Shown: positions 24,583-38,149 of the stretch, piece after piece | Layout of the letters: every line of letters begins with the position of its first letter | Numbering within the stretch: position 1 is the first letter of the stretch | NCBI RefSeq assembly: GCF_020745735.1 | Contig: NC_083435.1 | Coordinates: 28,643,231 to 28,707,230 of the forward strand | Reading direction: 5' to 3' | Source of the DNA: Hemiscyllium ocellatum | Taxonomy: Eukaryota | DNA length: 64,000 nucleotides | The notes under the pieces: model-generated | Database searches by the model: none | What the model saw: only the letters and a program-made list of their open reading frames with translations | What the model was told of the DNA's origin: nothing | Made by a program: the position numbers and the translations under genes

Positions 24583-26176
24583 GTACAAATCGTTTTAAAC
24601 AATGTTGGGAGCAGATCATTCTCACTGGGATACTGGAGCAGGTATTAACTGTACATTCTGGACTGTGGACTGTAAGCTCAGTATCTCTCCCCCTGTGTGA
24701 TGACTGAAGATCAGCACATATAGTTCAACACTGAGCTTTCAGACTGCCCTTCAACAGATGGTTGCCCGCTACGCACCTGAGATTTCTGAGACAGGTGAGG
24801 TTTGGTATAGAAATATCTGGATATCTGGCATCGTGGATATGGCCTTCTGTCAGCTGCTCGACTTCCTTAAGGGATTCAATATTGTGAGCTTTCTCAACAT
24901 AGTTATTCGCGAGTTTAGCATTGGTCTCCGGGGATTCTGAATTTTTGGGTGTTTGCGGAATGCTTTGTGGGTGGATGGGGTCTGGATCTGATGGGGAAAT
25001 CACCGCAGTTCAGAAGATCAGAGCGTATGGAGTCATGCAAAATGGAAACAGAAACAACTTGTCTGTGCAGACCAATTTTCCCAAACCAAGTTATTCCCAT
25101 TTGCTTATGTTTGGCCCATATCCTGCTAATTCCTTTCCTATTAATGTACCTGTCCAAATGTCTTTTAAATGTTGGAACTGTACCCACATCCATCACTTCC
25201 TCTGATGGTTCATTTCACATATGAACCTTGACTTGGAGGGAGTGCAGTGTAGATGGACTGGAGTGAAACCTGGACTTTGAGAGTTTAGTTATGCGGAGAG
25301 ATTAAACAAACCTGAAGTGTTCTCTGAAATTTGGCAGGTTAAGGGCTGATTTGTTTGATGCTTTTTGAGATATTAAAGGAAGTAGCTAATTTGGTGGAGG
25401 CAAACTTTCTGTTGATTGGGGAGTCTCAAAGGCATGTTGTAAAAGTTAAAGCCAGACACATCAGGTGTCGTTAAGAAACTCTTCCACATTGAAAAATGTT
25501 TGAAATGCTGTTGCCTAATAGGTAATTGGTGTTAAATTGACTGTTAGGGAGTTCGATGAGCAGAACGCTGCAAATCTCCAAAAGGAGGAGGTGAGGGGAA
25601 AATCAGCAAATGTGCAGTTTGGCCACAAGTTCTCCACAGTGACAACATATTCAGGGGCTGAGTGGCTTTGGTGTTCCCTGCCCTGTGAATTTTGCAGATA
25701 TTATGTATGTTGGTCAGCTGGCTTGTTCCAATGAATTTTGTTCTGATTTCAATTTTTTTATCAGCCATATGGCGTCGATTGCCCAACCCAGATTTATTCC
25801 ATATTCAATTGCATTTGGTGAGGTCTGAGGTCTGCTGTTTATTCCCTGAGTCTGTAACTATCGTTTCTTTCCTTTCCCCAGTGGTCAACCATATCTGACT
25901 GGGAATTTTCAGACATCATTTCCCACGATCAGCGTCTGGAGGGGAGAAGAGACTAAGGTAGGATTGACTCCTGCTCACTCTCAAATTCTGGCGCATTTTG
26001 AAAATCTGATTCCTGATTCATGGCAACATTAATATTTTGTTCACTGAAATCTGACCTGCTAATGCCTGAGCTGTATAATCAAAATGTGACTTCTATTCCT
26101 GGATAGTAACCTCACCTCCAACTGGTGACCACTCCCCCACCAGTGACTGTGCAAGTGGCACTACCCTGTCAGTGAT

Positions 26177-26479
26177 TAGATAAGATTAGATTACTTACAG
26201 TGTGGAAACAGGCCCTTCGGCTCAACAAGTCCACATTGACCTGCCGAAGCACAACCCACCCATACCCCTACATTTACCCCTTACCTAACACTACGGGCAA
26301 TTTCACATGTCCAATTCTCCTGACCCGCACATCTTTGGACTGTGGGAGGAAACCGGAGCACCCGGAGGAAATGCACGCAGACACGGGGAGAACATGCAAA
26401 CTCCACATAGGTAGTCGCCTGAGGCGGGAACTGAACCCAGGTCTCTGACGCTGTGAGGCAGCAATGCTAACCACTGTGT
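26177..26479 (-). mobile_element. HE1-like SINE present only in duplication copy 1
   Basis: Paralogous site 58331-58350 reads cagtgat|ggtgatgtgtac with no insert. Confidence 0.9.
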
Positions 26480-27159
26480 GGCGATGTGTACATGTTTGAC
26501 CCCCTTCACAGACCATTCACCAATTGGATAGCATTGGACCTCAGATCTTTGCACTTTCAATAATTAGTTAACTTTATCTTCACTCGTGTTCTTAACAATT
26601 CTTGTCCAGACTGATTGAACCCAGTAATAGCCTTACTGTGATATAAACTGTCCAACTGCAGGAGAGGACCAGACAGCAGCACCTGTGGATAATGGGCCAC
26701 AAATGTAAGTCTAAGATGAGGAGGAAAATCTGCTGTCTCAGGCTTTGAAATTCCTTCCACAGAGAACTGTGCAAGCAGAGTCCCTGTGTACATTTAAGGA
26801 TAAGATGAATCCATTCAGATGGAATCACAGCTGAAAGGGAAGAGGAAAGGGCTCACGAGGAATGGCAGTTCAACCAAGATCTGACTGAGTGGCAGAGCAG
26901 GCTGGAGGGTGTGAATGGCCTACTGCTGATCCTACTTGTTTAGCTCTTATAGTCTTGCATCAGAAGCTCATCTCCCTTCCCTCGTATAATTGTTGTCTCG
27001 GAATCTCTTGACTTCAGCTGTCCCCTATGTTCAGGTTGTGAGCGCAATGCTCTGACTCTAAAACAGGGAAATAGTGGTGTACTGTACTCCTGAGTGGAAT
27101 TCAAGACTCAATCATTCTGTCCAGGCTTCTGAGATTCTAATGACAATCTTATCTTTTTG

Positions 27160-27420
27160 AATAAAAGCAAAGTACTGCGGATGTTGGAAATCTGAAACAA
27201 ATAGAGGGAACACTGGAGAAACTCAGACCTGGCAGCATCTGTGGAGAGAGTGAACAGAGTTCATGTTTCAAGTCCAGTCTGACTTGAAGAATAATGAATT
27301 CTTCTGTTTGGCAGTATAGTCGTGCCTGACTCGAGACGTTATCTGTGTCTCTCTTTTATAGGTGTTGCCTGACCTGCTGAGTTTCTCCAGCAATCTTTGT
27401 GTTTGATTCTTATTCTTTTT
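27160..27420. repeat. Palindromic shark repeat (family B); paralog at ~60925-61180
   Basis: Arm ctggagaaactcag..ggcagcatc is the reverse complement of ttgcctgacctgctgagtttctccag. Confidence 0.7.
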
Positions 27421-27557
27421 TGTGCTCAGAGGGCTGTCTGTTTCATCTTCCATTCCTGACGGATACTTTTTTTTCATTTTTCGACACTTGATAACTTCCA
27501 AAATCGATGGTGTCTCTATCATGTTTTGTCAATAAAGACCTTAAACTGTGTTTGGTT

Positions 27558-27852
27558 TGCACTGCTGCCTCATAGCGGCAGATTCGATTCCAACCTCGGG
27601 CGACTGTGTGGAGTTTGCACATTCTCCCTGTGTGCGCGGGTTTCCTCTGGGTGCTCCAGTTTCCTCCCATAGTTCAAAGATGTGCAGGATAGGTGGATGG
27701 GCCATGCTAAATTGCCCCATAGTGGTTAGGGATGTGCAGGCTAGGTGGGTTAGGATAGGAGAGAGGGGTGGGCCTGGGTGAGCTGCTCTTCAGAGGGATG
27801 GTGTGGAATCAAAGTGCCGAATGGCCTACTTCTGCACTCAAGAGATTCTATT
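27558..27852 (+). mobile_element. Older HE1-like SINE variant; paralog at ~61320-61615
   Basis: gcgactgtgtggagtttgcacattctccc..gccatgctaaattgcccc core. Confidence 0.75.
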
Positions 27853-30800
27853 TTTCCCAACAACCACCCCCACCAACTCACCACGCCACATCGCATCACA
27901 CCACACCCGCACCTCAGATGCTTTACTGAGGGCAGAATGCATACAGGATTTTTCTATTTAAAAAGTGCAATATGGCCAAGATTTAGCAGGGTGATAAATT
28001 CTGAACCCATATCAGTGAGAATTCTTGCCGTTCTGACTCCTGGAGACGAGGGTTTGTTTCCAGTTTCTTGGCGGAAAATGACTAGGGGATCAAAGGAAGA
28101 GGGTGAAGGACTTCAGGGGATGGGAAGGTAGGGTTCAGAAGCAATAGTTGAGTGGTGACCTTCAGCAAGCATCTTCTGGCCCTTTCCCTCTAGTTCTTGC
28201 CATATTGCACCCAAAATGGGCACCCCGAAACTGCACTTAAACCTAGCAAGCATGTTGATCCATTTCTCCATCTGGGAGACCAGTCACAACTCTTAGCTGC
28301 TGGGAAGACAGTTAACTGAGCTCTTGGCTGAGGCTATTTATCGGCATTAATTGATTGATGGTGAGTGAAGAAGTCACCCACAGATATTGCTACTGAACAT
28401 TTAATCATCGAGTTGGCGAGAAGCTTGTTTCTTCGGTTAAAGTGCAAAAGCATTTGCCCTTCCTGACTCCTTCCTCACTATCCCAAGGGAGTGTGCAATC
28501 AAACGTTATAATTTCAGAGTAAGAATCAAGTATTCAATTTGCAGCGCATGAAAATTAATTTAGAACTGTCCTGAAAGTCATTTCACAAGAGTGAAACAAG
28601 TGAATCAGATGTCATGAAATTGAAGGAGTCTGCAGTCCTTAAATTAGCTCTCTTCAATAAGGCAAAGTTGCATTTTCAAGCTTTTTAACAGAAATAACCT
28701 GTGCAATGGATATTTGGCTTGCACTTTTTCATATCAAGGTTTTGTTTCTCCCTCGTAAGTTTGACTTTCCATGCTTTTTTTTCTCTTAAAATAACAGAGC
28801 TTCTTCGTCAGCACACTGTCTCTGCAGCATTATCGGGTCAAACTCCACACATCTTTTCGGAAGGTTTTGATTTTTTTTAGGTTCAAATGAGCAAGAAGCA
28901 TGAATAACAATTAGCAAACAGTTTGCAGAGATTTCAAAAAACAAGTTGGTGCTTGAAAAAGGACCCTAATAATCTTTGAGGAGGTAGCAGAACTGTTTAC
29001 AGGAAATTGTGTTCGGTGCAGAGCAGAGGAAAGTTAAGAACGTAATGACAAGTTATCACACGGGTATGGATTAGAGAATATTACATAAGTACTTTGTATT
29101 TGTCTTCACACAAAATAAAGTTCTAACTGTAGCACGGCATCCTTATACTATTCCAACCCATCATTCAAGGTTAGAATCTGGAACGAAGAAAGCTGACAAC
29201 ATGTTACTTCAGAGGTTCCTGTCCAGCACTTCAAGCAGTGGTTCCTATTTTTGATATTTCAATTATTTGTGTAGAGAAGTCGGCCACGCTGGGCAAGCGG
29301 ATGAAGTGAGGCAATGTAACTAATCCCATTTCGAGTTCAGACAGGAAGAGGAAGAAGTTTGTGTGCACTAATTTCTAGAGGTGTCACAAGAAGTTGAGAA
29401 TAACTGCTTAAAAATGCAGTCCTGTGAGCTTCTGAACTTTAAGATCTCCAAGAAAATATGGAGGGAAAGGCCATGACCTAATGGTATTATCATTAGTTAT
29501 TAATCCAGAAACTCAACTAATGTTCTGGGGACTTGAGGTGCTGCAAATCCTGCCACGAGAATTTGAATTCAATGAAGCTTTTCCTAATTTACATAAATGA
29601 TTTGTGTGTGAATATTACTGGTGTAGTGGACAGTGAAGGAATATAACTCAGTGTAAAATGAAAGCCTGATCAGATGGGTCGAGGAATGTGAGGTTTTGGG
29701 CAAGCAAATCATGGAAGGTTCATAGTTCCTCAAAAGTACAATCTCAGGTCGACAGTATGTTGACAAAAGTGATCGGTTCCCTTGCTTTAATTGATCATTG
29801 CATTGAATATTAGAAATTAGGATTATATTGCTATATCGGACATTGTTTAAACCACTGTTCGAATATTATGTTCAATTCTGGTTCCTCAGTTTAAAGCAAG
29901 ATTTTTTAAAAAAAATCATTCATGAGATGATCGCTGACTAGTTCAGTATTTATTGTCCATCCCAAATTGCTCAGAGGACAAGTAAGAGATCTATTCGTCT
30001 GGAGTCACATGCAGGCCAGACCAGGTAAGGATTGCAGGTTCCTTCCTCGTGAACATGAGTCATTAAGATGGATTTTTCGCAATAAATGTTAATGGATTCA
30101 GTGTCATCATGAGACTCCTAATTCCGCTCTCGGTGGCGGGATTCAAACCCAGATCCCCTGAAGATTACCTCGATCATTGGATTAAAAGACCAACAATTAA
30201 AGCACAAGACCATTGTCTCCTCATGCTGTTGACCTTGAAAGGCTTCAGAAAATATTTACAAGGATGTTGTTAGAATTGGAGGGTTGGAGCTCCAGGGAGA
30301 GACTGAATAGGGCATGGCTATTTTCTCTGGAGTGTGGGAGGCTGAAGGAGTTACATGAGTTTATAAAATCTTGATGAAGCATGCATGGAATGAATAACCC
30401 AGGTCTTTTTCCCAGGGTAGATTTTCAGGTAAAACAGGAAAGATATAAAAGATCTAAGTGGCAACTTGCTCAAGCAGAGGGTGATGCATGTATGGAATGA
30501 GCTGACAGAGGAAGTTGTGGAGGCAATATTTAAAATTCATCTGAATAGGTTCACGAATTGGAAGGGTTTAGATGAATGTGGGCCAAATGTTAGCAAATGG
30601 GATTTGGTGAATTTTGTATACCTTGTCGGCATGCATAAGTTGGTCGAAAGGATCTCAAACCGTGCAAGATTACGACCATATAGTTGCAATCTGGAAGTAA
30701 GGCTCTACTGGCAACCATGAAACCATTGTCGATTGTCAGAAAGATATCTGCTTCACTAATGTTATTTAGGGAAGGAAAACTTCCATCCTTACTTCGTTTG

Positions 30801-32685
30801 GCCTAGATGTGACTCCAGATGCACAGCAATGTACTTTCCTCTCAACAGCCTCTATGCAATGAGGAATTGGTGATAAAGGCTGGCCTAGCCAGAGTTCTCC
30901 ACATTTCATGACTGAATAAGTAAAAAATACAACATTCCTATGTTAAAATATAAAACACTCTGGATGTGGAAGATCTGAAATTAATGCTGAAAATGCTGGA
31001 GAAACTCTGCGTCTCTAGCAGTAAGAGTCAAATATGGTCCTTCTTCAGAATTGAGAGCTAAAAAGCCAAACGAAATAGAAGAACTGAACTCGAGATAAGT
31101 TCAGAGTAACTGCTCTTGACACAAAAATAACATTTGACTGAGTGTGGCTGCAAGGGAAAAAAAATGAAGTCAATGATATTGGCTGTCCATCAACCTAGGA
31201 CAAAAGTTGCTTTTATTTGTGGTCAAATATTTCAGTCTGACCACATTGCTACAGGAGCTTCTCGGAGCAATGTTGTAAGATTAAAAGCCTTAAATTGATT
31301 CATGAATGACCAGTCCTCTATCAAGAGGACATCATGGAGATTTTACCTAATAATTGCACGATGTTTAGCACCATTCACAATTCCTCATATATTGAAGTAG
31401 TCCTATCCAACAGGCAATAAAACTGGACCATATCCAGACATAAGTGGCAAGTAGTCCTCAAGCCAGGAATGATCATATTCATGAAGAGAAAATCTAACCA
31501 TCTCCCTTTGACTATCAATGATTCTACTGTCAATGAGTTCTCCAATATCCACATTCTGGTTATTTCTAGTGAACAGAAAATGAAGTGGAGAAGCCATACA
31601 AATACTAACGCCTAAAGATTAGGTTAGAGGCTACAAATTCTAAAGCAGACAACTCACTTCCTAATTCTCCAAACTCGAGTCATTATAACTAATCAGAAGT
31701 ATGCTGAAATAGTCTGCATTTTCCTTCACCAAAAGGAAATATTGTGGTGAACTTGGTGGTGGCAAGTTGCTCAGTTGTGCATGACAGCACTTATGGGTAA
31801 AAAGGAAAATAAAAGAAGGTGCAGACTTGAAGGAACAAAGTCAGTTTCTATCTGCAACAAAGTAAATGAAGCCTGGAAACAATTATTATTTTCTGACATT
31901 TTTACTGTTTACTGTTGCCTGTAATGAATGACTGTGAAACTGAACAATTAGTGTGTAAGTCATCTATGTCTTTGCCAAAGAATGGAAAGAATTTGGAAGA
32001 AAGGAAGAAGGAATTTGGAGAACAAAGGATTTTGAGGATCCAGAATAGCACCTCATCAAGAAGATGGCTGGTGGTTATTGAATTGCATTTCCCTAGCGTA
32101 TTTTCCCTGAACCATAATGCCTGCTGTAACTTACATTGTCATTTTTGTTTTGGATATGTGCATGATTTTGAAGGCAGTTACAGTTTTATCAGGTGAAGGT
32201 ATGTGTTCATAGTTCATACTTTTATTTACTTTTTTTGAGAACTCACTTATTTCTTAAAATCAGTAGTACTTGTTGAGCACAGATACATGGCCATGACCTG
32301 AGTCCATCAGGAAGGCAAATTTGGAGCTTTGTGTACATTGCTTCAATCAGAGTGGGTCTTGGCAATAAGTGTACTTTCCAAAAAATGTCAGAACAAATGA
32401 AAATTTTCACCAATGGTTTTTTTTAATGTTTCAGTGAGAGACCACCTCAGTAAAACAAAAGCAAAACAAGATTTGATCTATCAAGCCAGTTTTCCATCTG
32501 AGATCTGACTTGTCACACAACAACATCAATTGAGATTATACACATATATAGCTGAGGATGTTTGCAAGAAAATCTAAGATTCAGCACGTTCTTCAGTTAA
32601 TTGAAATCTGGAGAAGTATCTCATTCATACTAGGGAAACATTAGCAACTCATCTCCAAGTTGTTCTCCATTGTTTCGCTTGTTAA

Positions 32686-33575
32686 TTATTTAATATTAAA
32701 TTTGAATGTATGTGTCACCATGCTCTTCAATTGTTCCCTGAACTTGGACTGAGTCACCCCATAAAGAAATGCATTTGAACAACAATTTAAACTGAGCAGC
32801 ATAACTGCAACATCTGCAAAGATACGCATTGAATTATTGTAATATTCAGGACTAATTCCAGTAATGACAAAATGCAAGAAATCTATAACATATAAAAGCC
32901 ACAGGAGAATGAAGCTGGCAGATATGGTGAAGAGTAGCACCATAGACTTCCTTCTATTCTCCATCTCTGGGTCACGGCAATTCTGTCCTTTGATTTGATC
33001 CCACAGTGCCTTCCGGACTTGACTTGTCACTAATATGTATCTGACTGTCAGAATGTTGAACAACAGAATTAAAACATACGTGATTAATGGAGTAAAGAGC
33101 TTATCAAACCAGCTAAATGCCACCCATGCAGGATCAGTGACGGAGCTTGGCTTTATAATGCAGAACCAGGGAATATTGTCAATTATTGCTCTATGTTCAA
33201 TGGTGAAGTAGAAGGAAATATCTTTCAAGCAGAGAAGAATGCAGATAGTTGTCTGAACCTGCACTGCAATTTTTCCACTGCAATATTTTGTTTTCAGCTT
33301 CTGGCAACAAATGTCCACAAATCGATCAAAGGAGAAAGTGACAGTCAGCCAGACTGAACATTCTGAGGATGCATAAATCAGGATAAAGTTAATATTACAC
33401 ACAGGGGTGATGTTGAGGAATGATCCTGGGAAATAATATGATTTAATTCTCCATAGTATAAACGCAGTGATAACAACCAGTAGATCCGCTGTTGTCATGG
33501 CTATCAGATAACGAGTGGTGCAGGTGGAGAGTCCACATTTTCCTCGAGATAGAATCAAAATTGCTAATAAATTAA
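32686..33575 (-). CDS. GPR139-like class A GPCR, exon 2 (open, 890 nt)
   Basis: tcttgtag acceptor; hydrophobic segments, DRF motif, CCSNAFLY in TM7, QSKFRE in helix 8; with exon 1 gives 954 nt = 317 aa + stop. Confidence 0.92.
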
Positions 33576-33737
33576 CTACAAGACAGGCAAAAGAAACAAA
33601 CTGGATATTACTGATAAATCATTATCTATGTTGATCTGTGAAGTCAAACATTTTATATGTAGAATAATAGAGTGGGAAGTGGAAAGAATAAATATTGATG
33701 GAAAAGAAAATCAAACATGAATTTAATTTTTCCACAT

Positions 33738-34389
33738 TGTAATGGACTAAGCCAGACATCCTCAAAACATTTCACAAAGGTAGCCCAGAACCTAACTTTT
33801 CAAATTGTTTTAAGCAGGTGTAAAGTGGATATTCCAGGAATGATGCAGCTGGCCCAACCACTCAGTTTTACATATGACATAATGTTAGCAAGTTTTGAGA
33901 AGATTTGAAATATAACATAATTTATTAAGTACTACTGAATGAAGCATGAATAAAAGAAAACCAAACTTTGAATAAACATTGAAACTTTGAAAGCCCAAAT
34001 GACTCTATTGCAATTTTTCAAATATTTGCAACATTAACACAAACAGCCCCTTGACAAATAAAAGTAAAATCAAACACAGGTTCTTACAGGAGAGAGATCA
34101 GAGAGAGAGAGGATCAGCATAGAGGTGGTTCTTTGGGTGCCAGCAGCTTATTTTGGTTTCCAGCTAAAACTTGACCAGCAGCCGCAAACAACACATCTTG
34201 CTTTGACTAAACCAAACCCTGAACTGGGAGAACTGGCCATTCCCTTTCATTGTACAAGTGTTTTAAAAAGAACACTGAAAAGCTTTCGCAAGTACGTATT
34301 TCCAGACATGTCAAAACCTCTGCATTTAGGACCCCTCTGAAAAAAAAGGCAAGGACAACGTAACCTTGTAAAGGAGTAGCATCATCACA
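33738..34389 (-). mobile_element. Gypsy-type LTR (3' LTR, TG...CA) preceded by a purine-rich tract
   Basis: Reverse complement reads aagatggagg|TGTGATGAT ... ccattaCA; contains AATAAA; part repeated at 35640-35790. Confidence 0.65.
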
Positions 34390-34799
34390 CCTCCATCTTA
34401 AATAAAACAAACCATCAATATCCAAAAATGACTTCATTTTAAAACCTCATAATCTCATATTGTTAGTACATTACTGAACAGATATACTTCACATTGACTC
34501 CCACCATGCAAACATGCATTACTACATTCGATTTCAGTCCATTTATTCCTGCCACCGAATGCCTCTGTTTCTCAACCAAGTCTCAGCAGTGTGGCAACAA
34601 TCACATTTTCTTGTCCTGCTGCATGCACAATTTTAAAAATGAATGCCTATAACAACCAGTTCCATTAAACAGTCTGAATATTTGTCCTTAAATGTTTCAA
34701 AACGCTTCAATGGATTATAACCAATTTATATGATTGTCCCAAATATATTACTGAAAACATTAACATTGAAATTCTGTAATGCTAATGCCAAGCTCAAAT

Positions 34800-35625
34800 T
34801 CTCCATCTAAACTGTTAAATATTTCTGCTGATGAACATCCAATTTCCTGGAGAAATATTCTATAGGTTTTTTTCTATCTTTTCATCATCATCTTGCAACA
34901 GCACAGCACTGAGACCAAAATTATTTGCATCGAAAGCCACTTTGAAAAGCTTTGTATAATAGTTGTGACTAATACCGGGGCAGTGGTTAACATAGACCTC
35001 AAGTTGTCAAATGCCTTCTGACAGATCACTGTCAACTGAAACTTCTTGTCTTTTTTTAAGTAATTCAGTGAGTGGAACAGTTACATTGCTAAATCTTTAA
35101 AATAATTTCCAATAAAATCCACTCAATCCCAGGAATCTGGGATTCACTCTTTGTCAATGGTTTGTGGAACTCGTCAATTTATTTTGGTTTTGCATTCCAT
35201 GGGGCCATTTGTCCATGTCCAATAATATGACCCAGAAAGTTTTCTTGGAGTTTGGCCAATTTACTCTTAGCCAGTTTTTATCATCAAGCCTGCCTCCCGA
35301 AGTCAATTGAACAATTCTGATAAATGTTGCAAATACTTTTTCCATGTGTGACTAAAAAGGTCACCAGGTTATCAATATAAACTAAACAATTGGTTAATCC
35401 AGAAGTGACCTTATTGGTTAGTTTCTGGAATGTGGCTGGTTCATTTTTCAAAACAAATGGCATGACTTTAAATTGATGCAATCCATTTGATATTGCGAAA
35501 GCTGAAATTAACTTCACTCTTTTGGACAAACAAACCGGCCTGAACCCTCTGAGTTAGTCCAATTTCCAAATAATTTCACCTTTTCAACACAGTCTTCCAA
35601 ATATGGAGTGAGGGATGCATCACTC
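34800..35625 (-). mobile_element. Decayed Gypsy/Ty3 pol fragment (RT + RNase H)
   Basis: FKVMPFVLKNEPATFQ...VYIDNL (RT); DANNFGLSAVLLQ...YFSRKL (RNase H); multiple stops and frameshifts. Confidence 0.85.
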
Positions 35626-35639
35626 TTTGTAACGCATTG

Positions 35640-35790
35640 ACTTTGTGACAGCTAAAACTTGACCACCAGCAACAAATTAAACAACTTATTACAACCAAAC
35701 CAAACCTAACCCTGAACTCAATGAACTAGCCATTCCCCTTTCATTGTGCAAGAGCTTAATTGCCAGAGAGAGGTCAGAGAGGGGGGCAGA
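35640..35790 (-). mobile_element. Partial second LTR copy
   Basis: cagctaaaacttgacca..accctgaact..gccattccc..ttcattgt is shared with 34150-34260. Confidence 0.55.
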
Positions 35791-35830
35791 CAGAGAGGGA
35801 GAGGAAGGGGTGATCATCATAGAACCGCTT

Positions 35831-36895
35831 CTGTAATTGTCTAAGCATATTTATTCATCTTTCTTAAGTACAGAAATTATTTTATCTCTGTGTTAGTCCT
35901 CTATGCTATATGTTGTTAAATATATGAAGCATGAAAACTGCTACATTTTGTCTAGATTCTTTTCATCTTTAACTTGTGAAAACTACAGTCTTTATTTTCT
36001 CTTTTAGTTAGATTATTTTATTCCAATATAACCTCTTTTTATTTATAATAGCCTTATCTCATTACTAGTCTTATCATTCATTAACATGATCATGTATCTT
36101 TAGTTCTCTGATACATTCCAAGTTCAAAAAAACGATCCTTTAGATATCTGCCAGCTCCCTATCTTGAACTGTCTATCCAGCATTAAACCTATTTCTGATA
36201 TAGTGCTACATTTGTATATCTGTTTAATAATTTTTGTTTTATAGTAATTGTTTAATAATTTGAATTCACAGATCATCTTTTTCTAACTTGATTAATTGAT
36301 TTAAATCTCTAATTTCCCCTTTGTATGATATCTTACCATACACTCTAGAATAATGAAATATGAAGCTCATTATTCTAGAGTGTATGGTAAGACATCATAC
36401 AAAGGGGAAAATTAGAGATTTAAATCAATTAATCAAGTTGGAAAAAAGAGTATCTGTGAATTCAAATTATTAAACAAATACTATAAAACAATAATCTATT
36501 AACAGAAATACAAATGTAGCACTATAACATAAATAGGTTTAATGCTGGATAGATAGTTCAAGATAGAGAGTTGGCAGACATACTAAAGGATCGTTTATTT
36601 GACCTTGGAATGTACGAGAGACCTAAAGATATATGATCATATTAATGAATAACAAGGTCAGCAATGAGATAAGGGTATTATAAAGAAAAAGAGGATATAT
36701 TGGAATAAACTAAACCAACTAAACGTGGAAATAAAGTCTGTGGTTTTCACAACTTACAGTTGAAAATAATCTAGACAAAATGTAGCAGTTATAATGCTTC
36801 ACATACTTAACAAGATATAGCACAGAGAAATAACACACAAATAAAATAATTCCTGTACTTAAGAAAGAGGAGTTAATATGCTTAGACAATTACAG
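35831..36895. repeat. ~1.07-kb AT-rich inverted repeat (arms 35831-36356 and 36367-36895, 10-nt loop)
   Basis: Ends ctgtaattgtctaagcatat / atatgcttagacaattacag; centre ctagaataatga / tcattattctag. Confidence 0.95.
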
Positions 36896-38149
36896 ACCAG
36901 TGAGCCGAATTTTGATGAAAAGGAAAATAATGGAATTCATAAGGAATGAAATGAAGAATATCTAAGAATAGGAAGTATTACAATTAAAAACATGACTTTC
37001 AAAAGGGAGAGCCCAACTTATATGTAGAAGCATAGAAAAAGGAGCAGCAGTACGCCATTCGGCCCTTAGAGCCTTTAACGTCATTCAATATGGTCATGAC
37101 TGATCATCCAACTCAGTATCTTGCTTGTGCTTTCTCCCCTTCCTTTTGATCACTTCAGTCCTAAGAAATATACGTAACTTCTTCTGAAATCATTCAATGT
37201 CAGTAAGATTTTCTACTAAGTAACTGAATTAAAGGCAACTTGTGGTCATTTACCTACAACAATTTACTGTTGCATTGTTAAGAGGAACTTGGAATTTTCC
37301 CCACTCTAATGTAAGACTGACTAATTCCCTGTTTTTTTTCTCTCTATATATTTTTAAAAACTAGAAGGTATACATTAAACTTGAACCTTGATTAACCTCG
37401 AATCCATCGGAACGATTCCAGCGTCAATAGAACTTTGAAAGATGACCACCAATGCATTGAACATTTCTGTGACCACTTCCTTAAGCATTCTTTGATGTAT
37501 ATCAACAGGGCCTGCAGATTCATTGTTCTTTAATCCCATCAATTACCCTAACAACATTTCCCTACTAAAACTGATTTTCATCAGGGCGTTCTTCTCATTA
37601 GACGCTGTGCTCCACAACATTTTGGGAATTTATTTGAGTATACTTCATAAAGGCAGAATCAAAGTCTGTACTTAATTGGTCTGCCATCTCTTCATTCCCA
37701 ATTATAACTTCTTCTGCTTTTCGCTGTCAGGGGCTTCCATTTGTCATCACTTAATCTTGTTTTTCTGTTCACATATCTATAGATTTTTTTACAATTTGTA
37801 TGAATGTCCCCAAAATGTTTACTCCTGTACTATGATAATACCATAAGGATAGGTATCGGAGTAGGCTGTTTGGTCCCTCAAACCTGCTCCACCATTCAAC
37901 AGGATCATGGCTGATCTGGCATTCCTCATGTCCATTTTTCTATCATTTCTCGTAACTCTTAACTCTCATACAGATAAAGACATCTTATCTTTAAATATCC
38001 AGAAGGACTCTCCCAACACAGCATTCTGTTGCTTGCCTGACCAAAACTTTTTGTTAAAACAGTGACAGAGATAACAGAAGATATGACTTATCTGGGTTTT
38101 TTAAAATCATCCTTGGAATTGTGCTCAAGAGTGGATGAATAAGTAAAAT

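Larger units (their letters stand above)
25248..30167 (+). repeat. Segmental duplication, copy 1 (paralog of 57806-64000)
   Basis: Long collinear near-identical non-coding blocks, e.g. 25251-25509 vs 57809-58069 and 26645-30167 vs 60404-64000. Confidence 0.95.

Noticed and set aside
24725-25003. 92-aa minus-strand ORF just downstream of copy A
   Set aside because: No recognisable motif; may overlap the class I 3' UTR but this cannot be shown from sequence
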